Shown here: positions 1 to 10,953 of the stretch, piece by piece | Layout: each line of letters starts with the position of its first letter | How positions within the stretch are numbered: the first letter of the stretch is position 1 | From: Vitrella brassicaformis CCMP3155 | Lineage: Eukaryota; Protista; Chromerida | NCBI GenBank assembly: GCA_001179505.1 | Contig: CDMY01000321.1 | Location: 1-64,000 of the forward strand | DNA length: 64,000 bases | Reading direction: 5' to 3' | Notes under the pieces: generated by a model | What the model saw: the letters and a program-made list of their open reading frames with translations, nothing else | Databases searched by the model: none | Told to the model about the DNA's origin: nothing | Program-made: the position numbers and the translations under genes

Positions 1-511
1 AGGCCGCCAAGACCATACCCTCAGAGAACACCGGCCACACGAGCGTGGAAGTGGCGCGGCTCATCAACAACAACGCCGATCGCGACGAGACGGACGGCTT
101 CGGCAGCATTGGGACCGGTCTGATTTTCGTGCTCTTCTGCAGTTTCTTCAGCATTGGGGTGCTCCATCTGTGCTGGTCGAAGCTCGGCAACAAGTCCTTC
201 TTCAACATCGGAGTCAAGCCCGAAGCGTTTCTGTCGCTCGAGCTACTGGCGCTGGTCGGCTATGTGCCCATGCTCGTACTGCAGGTCAGACGATGCAGAG
301 ACCGCACAAGACCCGTCATCCATCCATCCATCCATCCATCTGTTGCCTACTCTTTCTCCTTTAGCTTCTGACGGTCTTTATGAGCGGCGGCGATGGCGAG
401 GTGGCTGATGCGGTTCCCGCCGCGACCATGGCGGCCATTTTGCTGGCGGTCGTCAACATTGCTGGGGTGCTGATACGCTTCGTGCGGGGGCGGTGCGGCA
501 ATCGTGCGTGA
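1..511 (+). CDS. 3' part of a multi-pass membrane protein (partial, 2 exons visible)
   Basis: The open frame from the window start has hydrophobic segments (GLIFVLFCSFFSIGVLHL; LLALVGYVPMLVLQ). A GT..AG intron with (CCAT)n lies at ~286-364, followed by LLTVFMSG...MAAILLAVVNIAGVLIRF and TGA at 509-511. Confidence 0.6.
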
Positions 512-1846
512 GCATGACCATGCCGACCGACCGACCGACGTGAGTGAGCGAGCGAGTGCAGATAGTCTCTGTTGCGTTACGTGCATTCACTCACGAGTGT
601 GGGACTTTTTTTGCGACACGGATGCATCGTACCGTGGACGGACTGGTGTGTGTGTTTTGCTGAGAGTGTGAGAGGGAGGCTTCCAGAAAAGTTGATGAAT
701 TTTTCGAGCCCTGCCTCCCTCCCTGCCGGCCCTGCCTGCCTGCGTTTGTCTCCGACCCCGTCTGTGTGGCGTTTGTGCCTCTCGGTTGCATGGCATGCAG
801 TTGTTGTCATGCCCCCATAATCCACCTGGTTGATCCTTTTCCTTTCTTCGTTCGTTTGGCTGTGTGAGGTATCGATGTGTGTCTGTGTTTCTGTCTGTCT
901 GTCTGTCTGTCTGTGTTCCTGAGTGCGAGAGTGTGAGAGTGGGTGTGAGCGTGTGTGATCCGCGCGTTTTGGGATGATGATTATGGGTGGGGTGGGGGTC
1001 CCACGAACACGTGTATGCGATCTGACTTTAAAGGGACGGCTGCATGTCCGGATGTACTCCGTAATACACGATTTATAACGGTATGCTATGCTTGTTTGGA
1101 TGTTTTATCGCGTTAATGGCTCTCTCGCTCTGTCTGTCTGTCTGCCTGTCTGTCTGTCTGTCTGGTGGCACTGTCCGCTGTGTGTGTGCGCCATACGTTC
1201 CCGCGACCGGTGTGTGTGTGTGGAGGGGGGGACGTGTGTGTTGTTGTGCTGCATTGTGTTGGCTGCCATGTAGCTGTGGGTGCGGCGGCAGTGTCGTTCC
1301 GGTGACAGAACAGGGAGGGCAGGCCTAGCAGCAGCAGCAGCAGGGCGGGGAGGGGAAGGGAAGGGAAGGGTGCTGACGACAGGGGATCACGACAGTGACT
1401 GACTTGGGAGGGAGGTGATGACATGCAGTGCTGTCTGTGTCTGTCCGTCCGTCTGTCTGTCCGCCTGCGTTAGTCTCTTTTTGCATGAGCTCCTGTTGTG
1501 CAAGGGTGTACATCGCAGTGAAGAAAGAAAGTGTGGGGGGTTGGCTGGGTGCAGTGCTTGGTCGCGTCCTATGTCCTCTCCCTTTCCCTTCTTGCTTCTC
1601 CTCAGCTGAGTGTGTGGTCGTCATACGTATGTGTGTCCGTCCGTCCGTCCGTCCGTCAGTATGTTCACTATCTCGCTGTATGTCTTGTTGGCGGTTCTGG
1701 GTGTGTCTGTCTGTTTTTCTCTCTGTCTCTCTCGCTGCGTCTTCTCACTGATCTCCTAAGGGGCTCTCTCTCGAAGACAGAAAGAGGAGCAAGTAGCGCA
1801 TCGCTTGCATGTGTGTGTGGACGAGTGAGGGAAAGGTCTTGCACAG

Positions 1847-4162
1847 AACCATTTACAGCATTTGTAAACGGATTCATACGGAGGCTTTCGGCCTTCTTCA
1901 GTGCTGTCTGGGCGGCCATTTCATCGTTCATATGGCCCAACCTCAAACAACTGACCATTCCTCAGCTCATCAAGCACCTTTCGAGCCGGTTCTCCTTAAG
2001 CAAGATCAATGTCCTTGGGGAGCTTCAGCGACGGGTCGAGAAGGACGGCGAGGCGGCCCTCGACGCCATTAGTGATGTGTCGGTGCTCGTTGGTCTTCTC
2101 AGCAGCCATTGGCATTCGACAGCCATCGAGGCGGCCAAATTTCTGGCCGCCATGGCATCCATATCTGCTGACGCCGCCGTTGAGGCCGCTGTCGTGCCCG
2201 CACTCCAGCAGCTGCTCTCGTCCCCGCATCTCGATGTGCGCGTCTACGTGACGAGCGCCCTCTGCAGCATCGCAACCTCACGGCGGCAAAGGGTGGTGGT
2301 GGGCGTCAGCATGACCTCTCTGCTCGGCGTCATGGCCGACGGACTCAAAAGGGGCGATGCAGCCATCCAGCTGGAGGCCGCCACGGCAGTCCGCAAGCTG
2401 CATGTAATCGAAGGGCGGCCCATCCAGGAGGCCGTCGATGCGGCTGTCATTGAACCACTCGTGGGGTTGCTCAGTGACTCGAGCCGCCCGACCCTCCAAC
2501 GTGAAGCGGCGTGGGCGCTGACCAACATCGCGTCGGGCACATCAGAGCAGACCCAGGCCATCATTGATGCGGGTGGCATCCCGCCCCTCATCCAGCTGCT
2601 GTCGTCCCCTGACTATGGTGCGCGCCGCCAGGCCGTGTGGGCACTGGGCAACATCGCAGTCGGTGGGTCAGCTGCTTGTGATTTGGTGCTGGCAGCGGGC
2701 GTCATGGAGCCGCTGCTCAAGGTGCTTCGCAAGAGCACGAAGGTGTCAATGCTGCGCAGCGCCAGCCGGACGCTCGCGAACCTGTGCAGTAGACAGCCCC
2801 TGCCCCCCTTCGAGTTGGTGTCGCCAGCGGTGCCGGTGGTCGCAGAGCTCATCAAGAGGCCTGACCAGGACGCTAGGGTGCTCAGACAGGGGTGCCTCGC
2901 GCTGTCGTACTTGACTGAAGAGGGGAGCGATGAGGGCATCGAGGCGGTGGTCGGCAGTGGTGTATGCGGTCGTCTGGTAGAGCTGATGGGGGGGCATGAC
3001 AGCCACACGGTCCGGAGGCATGCACTATGTGCTTTCGGAAAGATCGTGGCGGGTACACAAACACACGGAAGGCTGGGTTGACGAGACAGATTTGGATGAC
3101 TTGTTGGTGGCTGTTCTGATGTTGGGGTGTCTGTGTGTGAGTGCTGTCAGGCAATGAAGTGCACACACAGGAGATGGTTGACTGCGGTGCCATTCCTTCC
3201 TTGAAGGCGTTGCTGTCGTCACCAAGGCGGAACGTCCGCAAGGAAGCATCGCGGGCGATCTCCAACATCATGGCTGGTGGGTGCTTGGGGCCACTGGAGG
3301 GCACACAAACAACACAGTGGGAACAATGGCGTCTCTTTGTCTGATTAGGTAATCGCGAGCAGCGTCAGGCGGTCATCGACTCTGGTGTGGTGCCGCAAGT
3401 GATCATCATGGCCACAACTGATGTGCCGAGCGTTCAGGAAGAGGCACTGTGCGTCATCATCAACGGAGTGGGACTAGGATCGCAGGCTCAGGTAGACGAG
3501 ATCCGATGCAGCTTACATTATCCTGCATTGCTGCTGTGTCCGTCTCGGCGTTGTGGTTCAGGTTGAGTATTTGGTTGGGTGTGGGTGTGTCGGGCCGCTG
3601 TGTGATCTGTTGGTAGACGGAACTGAGGTCGCCATACTCGGTGGGGCACTCGTTGCAATCCACAACTTCCTATGGTACCGTTTCTGTCACAACACGACAC
3701 ATTGATGCCGTGACAATGAATCGTCCCCGTGTGGGCGGTTCTGTTCTAAGCAGCACGGGTGAGGAGGTGCAGGCGCGCGACGGCCTCCCACAGAGCCCCT
3801 ACCGCAATCTGATACAAGAGGTGAGTCACACACAGGCGATAGAGAGAGCCGGAACCATCTGCTTGTCGGCCTGTCGTGTGTGCAGGCTGACGGTCAGAAC
3901 AGAACTTCGCAGCTGGCCCACCATCCCGACGGAGACATTCGGAATCGGGTCGGTCCGCGTGAAGGTAGGGTGTCTCTCTCCCCACACGTGTGATTTCTGT
4001 GCTGTGCTGTGCTGTGTTGTGCTGGTTCAGTCGAGGGCCATTCTCGCCACTCACTGGGACATCATGGTCGACATCGACAGTGACACCGACGCAGGCTCAG
4101 ATGGCACCGACAGCACCACCACTTGTAGTGACGAGACGCTATCAGAGGACAGCGTCGAGTGA
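1847..4162 (+). CDS. Importin-alpha-like armadillo-repeat protein (divergent, no IBB domain seen; 5' end unresolved)
   Basis: Contains EAAWALTNIASGTSEQTQAIIDAGGIPPLIQLLSSP, QAVWALGNIA and VRKEASRAISNIMAG|NREQRQAVIDSGVVP. Spliced exons at ~3151, 3349, 3563, 3719, 3886 and 4031 end in an acidic tail (DSDTDAGSDG...EDSVE*). Confidence 0.85.
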
Positions 4163-4480
4163 TGGAGACCGAAAGGGGTAGAGGGGAGAGGGATGTCTGT
4201 GCAGATGGTTGGCTGCCGGGCCGGGTGTATGGTGTATGGTGCTGTGATTTCTGCCGTGGGGAGGGAGACAGGGAGACACACAGACGGAATGACAGCTGTA
4301 CAGGTGGACGCATACAAAACGTACTACAAGTAACGGCATATCCTGGCTGCATCCGTACGTGGCTTCCCTCGGGAATCGATCCATTGCCACGTGTTGACAT
4401 ATCTATGCTGGCAAGCGACCATATATAAGAGTCACCACCCATGCTATGCGTCCGTCCTTCTCATGCATCTATTCGCTCAC

Positions 4481-6358
4481 TCACTGTCTCATTACTATGC
4501 TTTTCAGCACATCCATCGCCTTGGCTGCCTCCCGCACCCCACTCTCATACGCACCATGCACCGTCGCATAATGCCGCCTGTTGGTGGCCTCGCCAGCAAA
4601 CAACACTTTGTTCCCCCTCTCGCCCACCGCCCTGCCCAGCACGTCGCACACGCACCCGCCCTGCCCCTCCCATCTCACACTCAGATACGAGTAAGACCCG
4701 CGAAAGCACTCATCCTCACCCCACTGTGTGCACAGCAGGGACACACTCTTAGCTCCATCCCCTGGTGTCCACTCGTCGCCTGTGGCCTTGCTGAACGCCC
4801 TGCAGTACTCGTGCATGACGTCAGTCGGCTGTCGCACCGCTCTCTTTTCGAGCTGTGACGCACAAGGGCCGACCAGCCAGGATGTCATCAGCAGCGACGT
4901 CGAGGGCACGGCGGGCAGGATGGGGTCAAATGCATAGATGCCGGCCGTCCAGTCGTCACCTTGGGAGCCGCCATCAGCACGAGGCAATGGCCGTGTCCAG
5001 TTGATGCGCCGCGCGTGAGAGGGCGAGTGGCCATCGACGGAGGAAGGAGAGCAGCGGACGAATAGCTTGTCGACCACGCCGATCCCTCCCGCTTCGATGG
5101 CCCGCCGCTTCCACTCGGGCAAGGGCGGGTCGAAGAGCGAGCTGTGGGCGGCCTTGAGCACGCCCAGACCCACCGTCACAATCACCACACGGCACTTGAT
5201 GACCACACGGTGGCCCGCTTCTTCGTCTTGATCTCGCCCGTCGTCTGTCTGCTCTGTCGTCTCTCCCTCTCTCGGCACACACCAGTAAGGCGGCGATGGC
5301 TCACATTGCCTTAGCGCCTCAACGACACAGCCGCCGCCTTCATCGGCGTCATACCGGATGCGTGTTACCCCTGTGCCGAGTAACACATTGGATTGGTCGA
5401 TGTCGATGTCGTCGAAGATCCGCTGTGCGAGTGTCTGCATGCCGCCCCACACTCGCACGTTAGGCCCTGACAGATCCTCGAAGGTGGCGTAGTGGTGGGC
5501 GGATATGTCGGCGAGTGGGTTGCCCTCAATGGCCTCCTGCAGCCTCGAGAACCACCCAATCACGCCGGCGCTGGCAGGGTCCTTCTGCAAAATCTGACAT
5601 ACACACAGACAGACACCAATGCCGCATGAGCATATGCCGTGTCAGCCAGTTTTCCCTTCGCTTGCTTGTCTTCTCACCTCTTGATTGTATGTCTGAGCCG
5701 CATCCTCCAGGCTCAGGTCTGCCGGCAGGGCGGCAGCTCGCTTAGCGTCACTCGCCTCGTCGCTGAGCCGCTGCCACACCTTGTTCACCAACTCGACTCG
5801 CTGCAAATGACAAGACACACACGTATACACACACGAGTATGATATTCCATCAATGAATGCTCCTCACCTGATGTGGTTCCGCTTCGCCCTCCTCGTTGCG
5901 GAACTCTGCCTTGCCGTGCGCACGAAAGAAGCGGCCTGGACCGGCTGAACAAAAGGGCCATCCGCGTCAATGGATGGCGTTGCCCTCCCCATCCCGCCAA
6001 GCCTGCCTGTTACTGACCTGCAGCAGCGTTCCGAGCATTTGGCGGCTTGAGCAGGTCATATGTCTTTGCAAAGTCATACAGAGGGTTGCCTTCTGTGCCG
6101 TGCAGCCACTGAGCGCCGCACTCTAGCATCTCGCCTGCACACAGACGACCAGACCAGTGAGTGCTAGAGCGACGTGTGTGTGGATACATACTCTTCAGCA
6201 GCAGTACCTGTGTCGAGCTGCATGGTGCATGCCCGTCCTCCCACGCGTCCCTTGGCCTCGATGGCGATGACATTCACACCCTCACTCCGGAGATGCCGCA
6301 CAGCAGCTATGCCGGCGAAGCCGAGGCCAATCACACAGACATCGCACGAAAGATCCAT
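4481..6358 (-). CDS. Flavin-containing amine oxidase (polyamine/spermine oxidase-like)
   Basis: FAD motif VCVIGLGFAGIAA, EAKGRVGGR, LECGAQWLHG..NPLY, WGEDECFRGSYSY and C-terminal VLFAGEAT...TVHGAYESGVREA. Four exons join in frame. Confidence 0.92.
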
Positions 6359-6444
6359 GGATTTTAGAGCAGAACGCAGCATGCTTGCAGCCCAATGGGC
6401 GAGCAGATCTCCTTTCCGCGGTTTCAGCCGAATCTCCTTTCTGC

Positions 6445-6478
6445 TGCGAGCTCAGAAGTGAGACAGGAAAAGCTCGCA
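6445..6478. promoter_or_regulatory. TGCGAGCT (6445-6452) and its reverse complement AGCTCGCA (6471-6478) in the PAO/OPR divergent spacer
   Basis: Exact octamer, inverted pair, inside a 212-nt head-to-head spacer. Confidence 0.6.
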
Positions 6479-6570
6479 GAGGAAGAAGAAGGAGAAGGGG
6501 GAAAAAGGCGCAAGAATGGGACTTCCGAGGCGTCACTGACCTCCTCTTATCGGGATCTTTCTATGGCTGC

Positions 6571-9500
6571 ATGGGTGCCTTCTCGGTGTTCCCCCTCCTC
6601 TTCTTCCTCGCCCATGCCTTCAGATCTGAGGCCTTCACAATCATCAGGCCGCCTGCCGGCGCCGCACAGCTGCCTATGCGCGCCTCCTATTCGGCTGCAG
6701 CAGCCGCCACGGCTTCTCCCACAGTCAGCCTGCCGGAGGCCACCCGTCATCGCTGCAGCATGCAGAAGGTGACGTGGTGCCAGTGTCACACGTGGAGTGA
6801 CTTGATGCAGCTGCTCGAGGAGCACCGCCATCAGCTCTCGAGGATACCTTTACACTCGGCTGTTGAGGCGCTTCATCGGGCCGCGGAACTGGCGAATAGC
6901 CCTCGATCTGGTGTGCATGCAGCTGTGCTGGACGAGCTGAGATGGCGGGCAGAAGGAGGACTGAGGGAGGCGCCGAATGCTGAGATACTGGCCAAGGCGG
7001 TGTGGGCTTTTAATCGGCTGGGGTGGGACGTGAGCGGCCTCCTCACACTCGCGCAGGAGCCCAAGTGCGTGTCGACTCTCACCCACCGCTCAGCCGTCGA
7101 TTTGCTCACCGCTATGGCAGAAGCTCGTCGGAAGAGGCGGCCAGGGCCAGCCCCGCGGACATACCCCCTTCTGACGTATGTGGCATCTCACAGCAGCACA
7201 ATGGTCTCGATGCACGTGACCAAGGCAATGTGGGCGGTGAGTGAGCTGATGAGGGGGGCCGGGGGCGGCCAAGAGACGTACGCAGAGGTGCTCGCGTCGC
7301 TGGCCGATCGGATGGTTGTGCTGATTTCTCGAGACCAATGTCGCAGGCTGCCGCAGAGCGTGGCGACTGCACTTATGGCTCTTGGTGAGACAGAGAGGGG
7401 GACGACAGAGCACCAACAGGAGAGGCAATCATCTCGTGTGTTGTACTTGTCAGGTTCCTGTGGTGTCCTCCATGTGCCCCTGAGCCGCTCCATTCTGTCA
7501 CTCGTACGGCGCCGGAGGGTCATATCTTCCTTCGCCCAGAGAGACCTCCGCGAGACGGCCATTGGCATCGCCAAACTATCTGACCTCATCCCCCACCCCA
7601 GCGACCTGTGGCAGCCCATATTTCAGGCACTGCACAGCCTGATCGATGAGGTCAATGAGAGGCAGGACGGTGGTGTTGATGTGCGGACGATGGCCAATGT
7701 GGCGTGGGCGGCGTCTCATGTATATAGGAGGGGAGAGGGGACGGGGAGAGAGGCCGGCCGGGCGGTGGGGACGCTGATGCAGTGGCTGGTGGATGAGCTT
7801 GAGGGCGGGAGGAGCTTCAACGGGCAGGACCTGGCGCACTCTGCGATAGCCATTCGGTCAGTGCGACAGCACGCAACACGTGCACAGCCACCTCCCTTAT
7901 ATTTGCTTTTGGTTTGTCGGATTGCAGGTGGTTCCACGGTGACGATGCTTACCCATCCCTGGGCCTCATCGCTGACCGCGCTCTGCTCGCCATCGACAGG
8001 CTGTCGCCCCGCTCCCTCACCACCCTGGCCCGCATCCTGACGCTGCCCCACGGTCCCGCCGCCATGCCCCCTCCCTCATATTTCATGGCTATCGAGTGTT
8101 TCCAGAAGGCGGCACTGCAGCAGGTGGAAGACCACCTGATGGCCTTCGACAGCCGCGACATGGTTGCCTTGCTCAAGGCCCATGTGCCGGGCCGCCACAC
8201 TGAGAGGGCGTTGTTCCTCGTCAATGAGCACATGGGTGCGCGGCAGCAGACCTGGCTGAATCGATCGCTGCCCGGCCTGGTCAGGCTGGTGGCGAGTGTG
8301 GGTCAAGGGCGGTCGGAGGAGACACGACGGGCGGTGGACATGGTCAAGTGGAAGGTGGTGCACCACCTGGCCGAGCTGGATGTGCCGGTCTGCGTCCACC
8401 TGCTGAACGAGCTGTCGCATCTCTGGGGCTACGCCCATGCTGCGGACACATCAACGGACCGAGACGAGTATACCAGTGTCGCCCGTGGCTGCCCCCCAAA
8501 GCACGTCGTCGTCCATCTGCTGGCAATGAAGGTGGCCGAGGGCGCTGACCGCCTCACGACGCGAGAGCTCTCGCTGACGTTCGGCTCGGTGGCTCGGCTG
8601 CACTACGGCCATCCCGCGGTCACGCAGCCGCTGATGGTGGCCCTATCGTCCATCCTGGACCACACGCAGGAGGGCACATTTGACGATGCTGGCCTGGCTG
8701 GCGTGCTATGGGCTCTGGGACGCCTTCATTTCCACGATGACCGGCTGTTGCCGCAGTTGCTGACCCTTGTGCCTTCGGTGATGGCCATCTGCTGTCCACT
8801 GAGCGCTGTGTTGGCCCTTCACGGCCTCAGCGGTCTCCTCGACGACACGGCCGTCCAGGACGAGCAGGCACAGCTGGCGATCGACACGCTCATTTCTCGC
8901 CTGACGCCATCCGTCGAGTCTCTCGCCCCTGAGTGGATCTCGTCCATCATGTGGTCCCTAGGCCGATTGCACCACCACCCGAGCGGGGGGTTTCTCAGCG
9001 CCATCGAGAAGAGGACAGTCACCGAGATGGGCCAGTGGCCCCACCAGACCCTGGCATGTGTCGCATGGGGGTTCTCGCGGCTGCAGTGGGGGGACAAGGG
9101 AGAACTATGGCGCCTGCTAGTGCAGGAGGCGACAGGGAGAGTGGAGAGCATGAACGGGAGAGAAGTGGCCGACGTGGTGCAAGCTTTCGAGGCTGCTGAC
9201 GTGCTGACGGAGGACTTCACCCGGGCTGTCCGCGCATGGGTCCGGCGTCACGTCAGGGAGAGTGACAAAGAGGGCGGGTCGTCCCTGCCTGTGCGGCTCG
9301 GGGACCTCTGCAGCCTCCAGTCCGTCGTTGACATCGACGCGCTCCCCGGGCCGCTGGGTGGTGGCCTCTCTGTGTGGCGTCTGCCCTACAAGCACCTGCA
9401 TGACCCGAGCCTTCTGGACGACGAGTACCTGGTGTGGCTCGTGGGCCAGCTGCCCAGGTCTCCTCTGCGCAGGTGCTCAGAGCTGGGCGATCTGCTCGTC

Positions 9501-10398
9501 TGGGAGGTGGCTGCTAGGGCCGCGGAGTGGCCGCTGGAGCGGCTAAGGGAAGCACTGGAGCACCTCTACAAACTGCACGTGAGACCAAAGCAACAAGCAA
9601 ACAAAATCACATTGGCGCATGTCTTCCACGCACCAATTCACTCAGGTGTCTGACGACCGGCTGATCGAGCCTCTCCGCCAGTCCCTGTTGTCGCGGCTGC
9701 ATTGCGAGTCCATCCCCCTCCCAACACTCATGTCGATCGTCAGATCCCTCGCCGCACTCACACAGCGCACTGCCGATCGAGCAGCCCTGCACTCACCGCC
9801 ACCAGCCCCCATCCATGGTGGCCCGTCAGAGCGCCTCGGCCGCCCTCCCGTCGCAGCACACAACGAAACGGCTCAGAGCGCCCTGCACGATGCACTGGTG
9901 GAGAGGGTGGCTGACGAGATGGAGAGGGTGTCACCCTCCGAGGCCTCACGACTCCTGCTGGGTGTGTCCACCCTCGTCCATAGAGACCACCCTGACGACA
10001 GTGCGCTGCCGCCGATGTCTGAGGGCGAGAAGAGCACACAGCTGCCCACCAGGCTCCCCCGCAAGTTTGCGCTCCGGCTTCCAGCGGGGTCAAGCAGCGG
10101 GGACAGCAGTCAGCAGATTGAGAGAGGTCACCTAGCATCGTCGGTGCGGCGGTGGCTCGCACAGGAGAAGGTCGTGACGTCGCTGACATGGGAGGACCTG
10201 GCGAGCATCGGCACCGCCCTGAACCGGCTGCGTTGGCGCGATGACGTCATGTACGGTGTGCTGACAAACGAAGTGGCTCGTAGGCGGCTTGCTGTGGATA
10301 ACGATGGATCTGCCGATGGCCGGTGGGAGGCAATCATGAGTCTGGCGTGGTGGGGTGCGGGGGTCAAGGGCAGGAGGGAGGATTGTGCTGTCGTGTGA
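6571..10398 (+). CDS. Organelle (probably plastid)-targeted helical-repeat RNA-binding protein, OPR/HPR/FAST-like
   Basis: Signal peptide + AF motif (MGAFSVFPLLFFLAHAFRSEAF) and many degenerate repeats (LAKAVWAFNRLGW, MANVAWAASHV, LAGVLWALGRLHFHD, ISSIMWSLGRLHHHP, LACVAWGFSRLQW). ORFs 6385-8040, 7914-9653 and 9619-10398 are joined by GT-AG introns at ~7857-7928 and ~9579-9645. Confidence 0.75.
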
Positions 10399-10749
10399 TG
10401 TCATGTGAGGACTAGTGTCGAGCTGGCCAGGAGATATCTGAGAGCTGTCAAGGAAGAAGGGGCTGTCAGGCGACGGCCCTGCACCGCATTTTTGTACCAT
10501 GAGGGAGTGCGTGAGTGAGCGATGGAGTGAGTGAGTGAGTGAGTGCACTACTGTGCACGCGACTGACTAGATGCGGTTTTGACATGAGTCGCGATGGATG
10601 GAGGACACGCACCATGAAGCTCATTTTCGAGATGTCCCCTTCAGCCTATAACAATTGCAATGGCGTTGCCTGTCAGCCTGTCTAACTCGTGCACAACGAG
10701 CATCGTCTGATGCAATCCACGATCCCTCTGGTGAGTCTCACAGTGGGAA

Positions 10750-10806
10750 TCGCACTGATGCGCCCCTCGATCCAAGCCACCCCTACCAGCTCCGTTTATC
10801 GCTGTC
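10750..10806 (+). repeat. Imperfect direct repeat, copy A (upstream of alpha-kinase)
   Basis: tcgcactgatgc-gcccctcgat-ccaagccacccctaccagct-ccgtttatcgctgtc matches copy B at 14609-14662. Confidence 0.8.
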
Positions 10807-10953
10807 GATGCAGCTACAGGGCAAGTAGCTCAAAAGGCGCTTGTGAGTTGAGCCCACGGCAGTTTGGCGTGGAACTCCTCGGCCAGCATTGATAACGGCT
10901 AGAACCTGGCCAGTTGTTCCGTTGCACGCGCTACTTTCCATCCTCTTGTCTTC

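Noticed and set aside
974-1025. C/D-box snoRNA-like ATGATGA ... CTGA
   Set aside because: Only ~52 nt apart, with no terminal stem, no C'/D' pair and no recognisable rRNA-complementary guide.
3657-3690. Weak similarity of an importin intron segment (caatccac...tggt) to 10713-10735
   Set aside because: Too short and degenerate to distinguish from chance.
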